DNA from: Octopus bimaculoides
Lineage: Eukaryota
Length of the DNA: 55,822 bases
NCBI RefSeq assembly: GCF_001194135.2
Contig: NC_069004.1
Coordinates: forward strand, 3,553,711 to 3,609,532
Reading direction: 5' to 3'
Position numbers and translations under genes: made by a program. The notes beneath the pieces are model-generated. The model was given only the letters and a program-made list of their open reading frames with translations. It was not told where the DNA came from and did not search any database. The stretch's first letter is position 1. Each line of letters opens with the position of its first letter. Below, one piece after another: positions 25,290 through 36,640 of the stretch.

Positions 25290-26360
25290 TTGTGATCTGG
25301 ATTAGTTCATCTGTGATCCGGATTACTTAATATTGGTTTCAAATTTTGGCTCAAGGCCAGCAATCCTGGTCATTTAATCTAAATCTGGATTAGTAGCAGT
25401 CTATATCAATACTAACTTGTGGCTTTTCTAGTGGCTGAATTTAAATCTGGATTAGTAGTCGTGTGTATTAATACTAATCTAGAGAGGTGGTGGTTTATTT
25501 GAATTACAAGTGCCTCGATTATCACCTATTTATTATAACTACTGGTCTACGAAGTGTTGAGATAATCTGCAGATTAGCGACATTGCCTCTCTCATGGATT
25601 ATTGGCGATATCTCTCATAGATTACTGGCGATGTCTGCTATGGATTAGCAACACTGTTTCTCTCATGGATTAGTGATGCTGTCTCTCATGGATTATATTA
25701 ACATTATCAGTAGCACTGTCATGCATCAGTGAGTTTGTGTCCATGCAACAGTCACATTTTCCGTCACGGATTAGTGAAACAGTTGCAGTCATAGATTAAT
25801 ATCACTGTCCCATGGATTTGTGACGTGGATCAACATTAATCATTAGCATTCTGTCATGCTTCAATGACTCCGTGTCGTTGATCAATACCGCTCTCTCAGT
25901 CATGGATTGATGTCTCTGTTTCTACCGTGGATTAGTGAAATCTTTTCTATCACAGATTAGTTGTGGCGGATTAATGACGCTCCATCGAATTATCTCTTGC
26001 ACGTTGGATGGATCTACTAGCGGTGCCCCTTCCATGAATTTATAATGCTGTTTCTGACGGACCTCTAATACGATCTCTGCTGAGTGTGAGGGCCACTGTC
26101 TGTCATGGATCAGTGAGGCTGTTTCTACCATGGACCAGAAACGCTGTTTTTGCTATGAATAAGAGACGCTGTTTCTGCTATGGATCTGCGGCACTACTCC
26201 GCGAACGGTTTGTGGTGCTAGGTCATCCACAGATCAGTAGGACCACTGTCTTGACCAAGTGATGCTGTCTCTGTCATAAATAAACCAGTGGCGTTTTTCT
26301 CTAAGGATCAATGAAGTTTTGTGTTATGCAGAAGTGATGTTCTTTTCTAAGGATCGGTGG
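25290..26360. repeat. Degenerate 23-25-bp minisatellite, consensus about CATGGAT(T/C)AGTGA(C/T)GCTGTCTCTG
   Basis: CATGG/CATAG/TATGG recur at 25593, 25616, 25639, 25664, 25687 and 26105, 26129, 26154, 26178; related CTGGATTAGT units at 25297-25456. Confidence 0.8.
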
Positions 26361-26644
26361 CGTTCCCTGTTGAATCATACAATAAGACTTCATATTCTAA
26401 AGTTCCACTCGGTGAGGTTCTAATGTTCGAGTTTGATGGAAGGAGGGGGGGGCCCAAGGTATACAAATGACCAAGTCTTCGTTGAAGCAACAAAGCTAAA
26501 AGCAATAAGACTTTATATTCAAGTATCTCGAAAAATAATTAGAACAAAACTCATTATTAGTTTGATTGGAGAACTTTATATACGAGGTATTATAGACAAC
26601 AGTATGGACTTACTTATCCAAAAGACTCAGTCTTCGTCAATGCG

Positions 26645-26943
26645 AGCAAGCGTCTTCTACTATAGCCTCGGGGCCGACCAAAGCCTTGTGAGTGGATTTG
26701 GTAGACTGAAACTGAAAGAAGCTATATGTGTGTGTATGTGTGTTTTTGTGTCTGTTTGTCCCCCCACCATCGCTTGACAACCGACGCTGGTGTGTTTACG
26801 TCCCCGTAACTTAGCGGTTCGGCAAGAGAGACCGATAGAATAAGTATTAGGCTTACAAAGAATAAGCCCTGGGGTCGATTGATTCGACTAAAGGCGGTGC
26901 TCCAGCATGGCCGCAGTCAAATGACTGAAACAGATTAAAGAAT
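26645..26943 (+). mobile_element. Family A SINE, 5'-truncated, well conserved
   Basis: Core-to-tail sequence ending GGCGGTGCTCCAGCATGGCCGCAGTCAAATGACTGAAAC. Confidence 0.93.
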
Positions 26944-28105
26944 TTAAAAAAAAGTTGCCATAATCATGACATCTAAGAACACATTAAAACAATAGATTTA
27001 CTCATCCCACACATTTTTTTTTTTTTTTGGTCTCTTTANNNNNNNNNNCTCATCCCACACATTTTTTTTTTTTTTTGGTCTCTTTAATGATTTTTGAGGA
27101 CGGGTTAGTATCTAATTAGTACGGCTGCTAATTATTATTAGTCACTCCTAAAACGACCAGTTGGCAGAATCGTCAATGGTTTCGGAGTTAGCAGTTTTTT
27201 TGAGGGGAGGGGAAGAGACAGTTACATCAGTCTCGGAGATTAACCGGTATTTAATTTAATTCTATCGTTCCTGAAAGCATGCGCAACAAAGTCGACCCCG
27301 GCGGAATTTGAATTCAACGTAAACAGTCGATAAAGGTCTGGGATTTTAGTAGAAGTTGGGGATAGACGATAGCCATCTTCTGTAATTGGTTGGTATTTAT
27401 TCGAAAGAATAAGGCAAAGTCAACCTCGGAATAACCACTTCGATGAAACGAGAATGTTCCCTCCCACAATAAAATCGCGTATTTCTTAAATTCTGCAAAC
27501 TTCAAAAAGGGACTTTTTTNNNNNNNNNNNNNNNNNNNNNNNNNNNNNNNNNNNNNNNNNNNNNNNNNNNNNNNNNNNNNNNNNNNNNNNNNNNNNNNNN
27601 NNNNNNNNNNNNNNNNNNNNNNNNNNNNNNNNNNNNNNNNNNNNNNNNNNNNNNNNNNNNNNNNNNNNNNNNNNNNNNNNNNNNNNNNNNNNNNNNNNNN
27701 NNNNNNNNNNNNNNNNNNNNNNNNNNNNNNNNNNNNNNNNNNNNNNNNNNNNNNNNNNNNNNNNNNNNNNNNNNNNNNNNNNNNNNNNNNNNNNNNNNNN
27801 NNNNNNNNNNNNNNNNNNNNNNNNNNNNNNNNNNNNNNNNNNNNNNNNNNNNNNNNNNNNNNNNNNNNNNNNNNNNNNNNNNNNNNNNNNNNNNNNNNNN
27901 NNNNNNNNNNNNNNNNNNNNNNNNNNNNNNNNNNNNNNNNNNNNNNNNNNNNNNNNNNNNNNNNNNNNNNNNNNNNNNNNNNNNNNNNNNNNNNNNNNNN
28001 NNNNNNNNNNNNNNNNNNNNNNNNNNNNNNNNNNNNNNNNNNNNNNNNNNNNNNNNNNNNNNNNNNNNNNNNNNNNNNNNNNNNNNNNNNNNNNNNNNNN
28101 NNNNN

Positions 28106-28420
28106 AATACGGTTTCTTTTGCCGAACCGCTAGTTTACGGGGATGTAAATACACCAACATCGGTTGTCAAGCGGTAGTGGTGGTGGGGGACAAACACAGA
28201 CACAAAAACACACATGTATGCAACTTGAGAGGTGTTATTTAGCTCCCACAGGTTTGTTTTGCCGAACCTCTCACTAAAAGGGACATAAACAAACTAACAG
28301 CGGATGTCAAGCGGTCTTGGGTGGGTGACAAACATCCGAAGACACCAGAGCTATCATAAAAGAGACATACCCAAAACGCGTGCACTGGTACTGAACCGGA
28401 AATCACGTGGTTCCAAACCT
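28106..28420 (-). mobile_element. Two adjacent family A SINE fragments
   Basis: TTTTGCCGAACCGCTAGTTTACGGGGATGTAAATACACCAACATCGGTTGTCAAGCG at 28113, a second diverged copy at 28255, and a head remnant at 28370-28420. Confidence 0.8.
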
Positions 28421-28696
28421 GGATTCTCGACCCCCCCCATTCACACATCGATACCCCCCTCCTCCAAACACACACCCAGAGGTATTTAAGTCCAAAGACA
28501 GACGACAAAAACTTTATTGTTTGTTTTCTTAAATACATAAAATGACTTTGCTACGATCTTAAATAGTTGTCTGTTTTCAACACGCGTTCTCACATAAAAA
28601 AGAGTTACTCGCCAAACAGGTACAAATCAACAAACACGTGTATTTGTATGTGTCCCTACACACACACACACACACACACACACTAGCATATCTTTG

Positions 28697-29125
28697 AATA
28701 AGTACCTGACTATAATAAGAAAAAATAATTCAACTAAAATTCTACAAGGCATTGCTCCAGCATGGCCGCAGTGTGATTACTGAAACAAAAGATAAAAGAG
28801 TATGTATATATATATATATATACACACACTAACGTGGCTGTGTGGTTAAAGATTTGCTTCCCAACCACATGGTTTTGGGTTCAGTCCCACTGCGTGAGTT
28901 GATTTGGTGTGTGTATTAAGATGTTTGTGCGTTTGTCCTTCTTTCACCATTTGACAACCGGTGTTGGTGTGTTTACGCTCTCGTAACTTAGAGGCTCGAC
29001 AAAAGAAAGTGATAGAATAAGTATCAGGCTTTAGAAATACGAATTAAGTCGTGTCGTTTCGTTATACTAAAAAATACTTCCAAGACGGTGCTCCAGCATG
29101 ACCGATTGAAACAAGTAAAAGAATA
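28697..29125 (+). mobile_element. Family A tail fragment (28697-28800) followed by an internally deleted family A copy (28832-29125)
   Basis: Head CGTGGCTGTGTGGTTAAAGATTTGCTTCCCAACCACATGGTTTTGGGTTCAGTCCCACTGCGTG; tails with GCTCCAGCATG. Confidence 0.85.
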
Positions 29126-29143
29126 TATATAAACATATATATC

Positions 29144-29235
29144 GATCCACAAAGGATGATAGGCGAAGTCTGACCAGGGTGGGATTCGAACCTAGTGAGT
29201 AGAGAGTCGGCGCAATTATTGCAAGGTTATCTGTC
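29144..29235 (-). mobile_element. tRNA-headed SINE fragment (family G)
   Basis: Minus strand GGTTCGAATCCCACCCTGGTCAGACTTCGCCTATCATCCTTTGTGGATC (canonical B box); near-identical copy at 31598-31646 on plus. Confidence 0.75.
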
Positions 29236-29254
29236 TGTCTGTAGTCGTTCCTCT

Positions 29255-29600
29255 GTAGGAAGTTTGCTTCCCAACCACATGGTTCCGGGTTCAGTCCCAC
29301 TACGTATCAAATGTTTTCTGCTATAGCCTCAGGCTGACCAAAATATTAGAAGTGGATTTGATTGACGGAAACTAAAAAGAAGCCTATTTGTGTCTGTGTG
29401 TGTGCGTGTGCCTCTGTTTTTCGTCAACTGCCGCTTGACGACTGATGTTGTTCTATTAATGTTCCTGGAGACTCTTAGAATAAATATTAAGCTTTTAAAA
29501 AAAGATGACTAAATACTAGCGACGATTCCTTCGACTAAAAATTCCAGTAGACGGTGCCCCAGCATGGCCACAGGCTAATAATCGAAACAAGTTTAAGATA
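29255..29600 (+). mobile_element. Family A SINE, diverged, near full length
   Basis: TTTGCTTCCCAACCACATGGTTCCGGGTTCAGTCCCACT head through GACGGTGCCCCAGCATGGCCACAG tail. Confidence 0.85.
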
Positions 29601-30007
29601 AGTTGTACATATGTGTAAAAACTCCGTAGGTACGGCCCTCCTAAAAAAAAAGCAAAGAATAATATATAGAATTCTGTGTTTTGTTTTGGGGGAGTGTTTT
29701 CAAGCGTACATGTACATATAAGAAGATAAGAGTACGGGGGGGAGGGAAAGAAAAATAGTAGAACGGCGCCTGGTTGGTTGAAGGCAAAGAGTTAATGTAT
29801 ATAGATATATGTAATATATGTTTATATGAGAGAGGGCGAGTGTGAGAAGTGTGCACACCCACACGTTAGCTGTGAAAATAGAGGCAATAATAGTTTTGGT
29901 TGTATTTATTATTGGCCGACGTTCGTCAGTTGAACAGAATAAGACGAAGCCAGTCTCGATAGCATTCAGCTTGCTGTTTCGCGCGTGTGTGTGTGATCTT
30001 TCATTTT

Positions 30008-30165
30008 AGGCGCAGGAGTGGTTATGTGGTTAGAAGCTTTGTTCACCAACCATATGATATCGGGTTCGGTCCCAAACGGGCGATGGTTCCTTGGGCAAAA
30101 GTCCTCTACTACAGCCTCGAGGAGACCAAAAGTTTTCAACGGATTTCGTAGACAGAAACTGGGTG
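30008..30165 (+). mobile_element. Family A SINE 5' part
   Basis: AGGCGCAGGAGTGGTTATGTGGTTAGAAGC..GGGTTCGGTCCCA..CCTTGGGCAAAAGTCCTCTACTACAGCCTCG. Confidence 0.8.
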
Positions 30166-30199
30166 GTGAGGGTGGAAGGCTTTGCATGTGTGTGTTTGC

Positions 30200-30230
<31 letters not shown>

Positions 30231-30313
30231 TGTGTATATATATGTATATGTGTATTATGTGTGTATGTATATATGTGTGTGTGTATGTATTTATGTGTGT
30301 ATGTATGTATATA

Positions 30314-30359
<46 letters not shown>

Positions 30360-30458
30360 TATATATATATATATATGTATATATGTCTGTATGTATATAT
30401 ATATATATCTGTATGTATGCATATATATCTATGTATGTGTGTATATATATCTGTATGC

Positions 30459-30499
<41 letters not shown>

Positions 30500-30589
30500 A
30501 AATCTTTTAAATTTGCTTATGGTAAATAAATGGCCAATAAAGCCCCTGTTCAATTGTGCCGGCCACCGTCGAATGATATAACGTACCAC

Positions 30590-30734
30590 ACACACATACA
30601 CGGGCTTCTTTCAGTTTCTGTCTCCCAAATCCACTCAAGGCTTTGATATTTGACCAGAGGTGCCACGCAGTGGGGTTGGACCTGGAACCATGTGGTTGGT
30701 AAGCAAGTTTCTTACTACACAGTCACGCCTGAGC
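30590..30734 (-). mobile_element. Family A SINE 5' part
   Basis: GGGCTTCTTTCAGTTTCTGTCTCCCAAATCCACTCAAGGC..GGTGCCACGCAGTGGGG..GGAACCATGTGGTTGG..CAGTCACGCCTG. Confidence 0.85.
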
Positions 30735-31060
30735 AGCATTTAGAAGCAGTATCACTACGTATTGGTTTGTAATGCGATGATGATTACGACAATAATGTTA
30801 ATAATAATAATAATAATAGTGAGGCTGTAATGCTTTATGGCGATGGAGGTTGTAACAATAATAGTGTTCTGTGTCTGAAGCTATGCGTTCGGTTTTCTCG
30901 TTTGTTTTAATATGTAAATATGCTGAGAATATGTAAATGCTTTGAGAATAAAGCGTTGGTCGAATACATAACATAACACCGTTTGCATATAACAGGTTAT
31001 TAATATCGCTATGCCTTAGACAAATATTAAAATATGCATACATATATAATATATTTATAT

Positions 31061-31130
<70 letters not shown>

Positions 31131-31524
31131 GTATGTATGTGTGTGTATGTATGTATTTATTTTGTGTTAATACGTAATACGCATTTGGTGTGTGTGTGTG
31201 TGTGTGTGTGTGTGTATTGGAGGGAGATGTATAACCGTGTGTATAGACAACTTGTAGTAGCTGAGGTAGCCATTCACTGGCAAGAATTCTTAATTTCATT
31301 CTCTTTCTCATTCTATAAAACACACACAGACACTGTGTGTATACACTCAATTAGACATGTATTGCATATATATATATATATACACACGATATAACGTCCA
31401 TATTCCATGACCGCATATTCACATATAGTTTTATACACATACCTATATGCACACTCAAAACGTCCGTATATATGCATATGTATGTATATAGTGTATAAAT
31501 GTACAGAGCTAATTTGTTGCTGCT

Positions 31525-31646
31525 CTAGACATAGCCATGTCGGTTAGAATGTCGACTAGATTCCCTGCGATAACCACCCCGGCTCTTTTGCTCTCCAGGT
31601 TTCAATCCCACCTTGGTCAGACTTCGCCTATCATCATTTGTGGATC
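31525..31646 (+). mobile_element. Family G SINE fragment
   Basis: GGTTTCAATCCCACCTTGGTCAGACTTCGCCTATCATCATTTGTGGATC, inverted relative to 29144-29192. Confidence 0.7.
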
Positions 31647-31844
31647 TATAACTAAAAACCCTATATACTAGGGCCGATTTACCCCACCCCGCGTCATCTT
31701 TTCTTCCTGTCTGTCTCACTTTCTATAAGTGTTCCGGCGGACGTCTCTGCACCATGGCATCTTACGACGCCGACAAGAGACCCTCGGCTCGAAACATAAA
31801 GCATAGACACACACACACACACATGCGCACAAAGAAATGTATAT

Positions 31845-32183
31845 GCAGGTCCATTCATTGTTGCTTGGTTAAGAAGGTCGCTTTGCAACCACGTGGTTTT
31901 CGGTTTAGTGCCACTTCGAGACAACGTGGGCAAAACACCAAAGCCTTGGGAATGCGTTTGGTAGATGGAAACTTTAAGGAAGCCCGGCGCAAGCACACAC
32001 GCAAATATACAGGTGAATATATTTGTATGTTTATCTTTTACTTCTTTTAGCCTTTGAAGTGTGGCAATGAGGGAGATCCACCTTCAAGAAATTTTAGTCG
32101 TACGAATCGACACTGGTACTGATCCTTAAACTTTGGTACTCATTGTATCTACTACATTTGCCGAACCGTTAAGTTACGCTGAG
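31845..32183. mobile_element. Diverged family A fragments (plus 31845-31990; minus 32031-32183)
   Basis: CAAAGCCTTGGGAATGCGTTTGGTAGATGGAAACT on plus; TTTGCCGAACCGTTAAGTTACG on minus. Confidence 0.7.
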
Positions 32184-32226
32184 TTATGTGTGTTTATGTA
32201 GACATATGTGTCTGTGAGTGTAACTT

Positions 32227-32274
<48 letters not shown>

Positions 32275-32278
32275 AACG

Positions 32279-32320
<42 letters not shown>

Positions 32321-32426
32321 NNNNNNNNNNNNNNNNNNNNNNNNNNNNNNNNNNNNNNNNNNNNNNNNNNNNNNNNNNNNNNNNNNNNNNNNNNNNNNNN
32401 NNNNNNNNNNNNNNNNNNNNNNNNNN

Positions 32427-32477
<51 letters not shown>

Positions 32478-32619
32478 TATATGTATATACATATATGTAT
32501 ATTCATACATATATGTGTATACATACATTCATATATGTATGTATGTATATATATATATATACACACACATACATATATATCTATATGTTCACACATGTAT
32601 ATATATATATGTAATATAT

Positions 32620-32679
32620 ATATACAGACACATATACAGGTATATATGTATATACATAAATGTATATATATACACATGC

Positions 32680-32711
<32 letters not shown>

Positions 32712-33355
32712 GTTTATATATATCTTATATATATATATATATATGTTTATATATATATTATATATAAATATACATATGTACATATACATATTTATCTCTA
32801 TACATACGTTTATATATATTATATGTATATTTATATATATTATATGTATAATATATTTATATATATGTTTTATATATATATATATTATATGTATATTTAT
32901 ATATATTATATGTATAATATATTTATATATATGTTATATATATGATATATATATTATGTATATTTATATATATGTTATATATTTATATATGTATTTTTAT
33001 GTATATTATTGATATATATATATATATATATTTATATATATTATATATTTATATATATATATTATATAGATCTATATAGATTTATATATATATTATATAT
33101 ACATTTATATATATATGATATATCTCTATATATATATTATGTATATTATATACATATATATAGTATGTATATTATATATATATATATATATATATTTATA
33201 TGTCTACATATTTTAATATATTTATATATTATATACATATAAAATAATAATATAAATATTATATATATTTATATATTATATATATATTTATATATATTTT
33301 ATAAATAATTATATATATTATATATTATATAAATAATCATATATATTATATATAA
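32620..33355. repeat. ~700-bp almost pure A/T low-complexity tract
   Basis: TATATTTATATATATTA-type sequence with very few G/C. Confidence 0.95.
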
Positions 33356-33369
33356 AAGCAAATGAAACA

Positions 33370-33553
33370 AACTTTTAGTCGAACAAATCGAACCCATGAT
33401 TTGTCAATTTGCAACCTGGTCCATATTCTAACGGTTTCCTGTGCCGAACTGCTAGGTGTCGGGGACGATTGTTGGGTGGTGGTGGGTCACAAACACACAC
33501 ACACAAAAACGTAGATATATACGCGATGGACTTCTTTCAGTTTCCGTCTATAC
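33370..33553 (-). mobile_element. Family A SINE fragment
   Basis: TAGTCGAACAAATCGAACCCA..GCCGAACTGCTAGG..GGACTTCTTTCAGTTTCCGTCTA. Confidence 0.75.
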
Positions 33554-33674
33554 ACATGTATATATATACATACATGTGTATAGACACACACACACACACA
33601 CACACACATACTTTCATATGTGTCTTTGCAAATTTCTCTTGACTCCCCCTTTCTCCGTCCGCCTCTTTCAATCT

Positions 33675-33731
<57 letters not shown>

Positions 33732-34331
33732 TTTCTGTCTCTTTACTTCCACCTTCCCTACTTGTTCCTCCGCCTCACTCTCTTCTTGTACCTGCTACCG
33801 CTCCTCTCTACAACTCCTACTTTGTATAATCACCACCATTTCCTCCCTCCTCCTCCTCTGTCTGTCTGTCTGTCTCTCTCTCTCTCAATCAGACGCTTTA
33901 AACACATACATTCCCTCCCCACCTTTTATCTCTACCTCCTACCGTTTGTATTCTTCTTTGCCTCCTACTGTATAGCAATCTTCTTTTTCCTACCTCTCAC
34001 TGTCACTCTATACAACTCCCTCCCACTCCTTCATTACATAGTCTGTCCACCCTCCTCTTTCTCACTGTCGTCTTATTGGTCTTTTGCAATATTCGGCTCC
34101 CCCCCCTCCTTCAATCAGCGATTGTTCCACCTTCCCTACATATATAATGGCCAAAGCATACAGAGCGTGTGTGTGTGGGAGAGACTCTCTGTCCGTATTA
34201 TATAATTGTATATCTATAATATATTACACATTATATAATGGTTACACGTGCACACGCACTCACACACACACACACACACAAATATATATTCACACACAAA
34301 GCACACGTATACGTGCATATTACACGTGTGG

Positions 34332-34372
<41 letters not shown>

Positions 34373-34722
34373 TACAGGTGCGTGTGGGTAAAATAGAGAT
34401 GGAATCTACGCGTATGTATATAATATATATTCAAATATATAGATAGATAGATAGACATCTACACATGTATACTCACGATTCACGTGTACGGACACGTGTA
34501 CAAGTTTGCCGATATGCATTTGTGTGTGTATGTGTGTGTGTGTGTGTGTGTGTACACACACAGGTATTATGTTTGTATATATACATATATATTCATATTC
34601 ATATGCGCCACACCTTATAGTATGTACACACATATTTATTTATATTTATATACATATATATATACGCACTCACAACGTAGACAAATATATGTAGACAAAT
34701 ATATTTAAATACACACACGCAC

Positions 34723-34771
<49 letters not shown>

Positions 34772-34947
34772 TAATGAAATATAGTGTTGGCAATGATGTC
34801 TACATCGAAACTGTTGAGTATATATATATAATTTATATGTGGGTAAATGTTATTCTGGTGCGCAAGAACAGCATTCATGGTTGACCTTTGTATGTTTAAC
34901 ACGCGCGCAAAGATATCTATCTATCTGTCTGTTTATATAGCAGGTGC

Positions 34948-34985
<38 letters not shown>

Positions 34986-35040
34986 GTGGGTGTGTGTGTA
35001 AGAGTTTTGCCTTCCCATCGATATTGGAAGTGTTCAGTTG

Positions 35041-35135
35041 AACCTGGGGCATCTTTGTTCTCTTACAACCCCGGGCCTATGAAAAGCCTGTAAGTGAATT
35101 TGGTGGGCGGAAACTGAAAGAGATTCGTCGTAAAT
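35041..35135 (+). mobile_element. Family A SINE fragment
   Basis: CCCCGGGCCTATGAAAAGCCTGTAAGTGAATTTGGTGGGCGGAAACTGAAAGA. Confidence 0.65.
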
Positions 35136-35671
35136 GTATGCATAGTATGTTTCTATAATATTTAGAACACAATATACATATAATGAATATACATACGTAT
35201 ATATTTATATCGCAGAACTATATACATACCATTGCAGACACATAATATATGTATATGTATATATATGCTCTCACATATTATACATACATACATACATACA
35301 CATATATATATATATATATGTGCATATAATTAGAATATATACATACAGTCATTGGACAGTGATACGTATTACTATACGCATCACAGCCTTGAAAATATTC
35401 TGTTTTTCTACATAGTTTCCCTACATAGCTGTCAATCAATCAATCAATAAATCAATCAATCTTTATTCACACACCCATACATATTACATTACGATAGTGG
35501 CAGTATATATCCGAAGGGGAATGGTGGTAGGTGGTTGGGCGGTGGAGGTGTTTGCTTTTGTAATACTGTTGCGATGTGTTGTGGTGGCAGTCATCATCTT
35601 CCCAAGTCATCGTTGATAGTCTGTCGTGAGATGCATTAATTAATGACTAATCCGTTCAGGAGAATGATTGG

Positions 35672-35711
<40 letters not shown>

Positions 35712-35734
35712 TTTGTCTCCATCCATCCATTTAG

Positions 35735-35777
<43 letters not shown>

Positions 35778-35803
35778 NNNNNNNNNNATATATATATAGA
35801 TAT

Positions 35804-35836
<33 letters not shown>

Positions 35837-36128
35837 ACTGTCTACATATATGTGAATACATGTTTACATGTGTGTGAGTGTGAGTTTTTGCAGTCTTGGC
35901 TGAGGACACGTGTATGTGTGCGTGTGTGTATAAATATATGCATGTCTATATATATATATATATATACATACATATATGCACACACACACACACATATATA
36001 TATATATACACACACACACACATACAAGTATGTGCACATACATACATATATATTATATACATGTGTATACCTATATTAATGTTTATGTGTGTGTATATGT
36101 CTATATACACACATATACATGCATTATG

Positions 36129-36173
<45 letters not shown>

Positions 36174-36506
36174 ATTATTAAAATAATCAGGGAATGATAA
36201 CATCGTGAATACCTGTATTTTTTAAGTTCAACAATGTCTGAAACTTCCACCTGCCATAATTCCTTATGTAGCAGACAAAATGTCTGCTTCAGCAGAGAAA
36301 GCTTCTGTACCAACTTGACAACATTTTTATTAATCTGTGGGGAGGAGACAAACACCGCCTTCCACATAATGGATGACAGCAATTTATAGTTAAAATATTG
36401 GAGGCAACCGTAGAAGACTTATTGCACTGGGTATAGTGTTCGCCTGTAAATGAGATTGCCGCCATGTTGTTTTTCGAAAAATCCACAAAAAATTCTTTAA
36501 AATTTC

Positions 36507-36640
36507 ATTATTTGTGGTGTTCCCCAAGGTTTTGTATTGGGCCTGCTTTTCTTTGTCTCTTCTCTTGATAGTTTATTGAAAATATATCAGAAGTAACACA
36601 GGAGAAGGCAAATGAAAATAAACGTATAATAGCAGACGAC
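36507..36640 (+). mobile_element. Non-LTR retrotransposon RT fragment (GVPQG...ADD)
   Basis: IICGVPQGFVLGLLFFV then, after a frameshift, FIENISEVTQEKANENKRIIADD; matches the RT motifs GVPQGSVLGPLLF and Y/F-ADD. Confidence 0.6.

Noticed and set aside
28832-28900. tRNA genes at SINE heads (also 3740-3802, 29170-29210, 41796-41870)
   Set aside because: A/B-box-like motifs run directly into SINE bodies; no complete cloverleaf.
36458-36469. YY1-like GCCGCCATGTTG
   Set aside because: Isolated motif next to decayed LINE sequence, no other promoter evidence.
36190-36490. Continuation of the minus-strand LINE (VDFSK, CCHPLC-like fragments)
   Set aside because: Motifs are weak and out of expected order; not annotated without an alignment.
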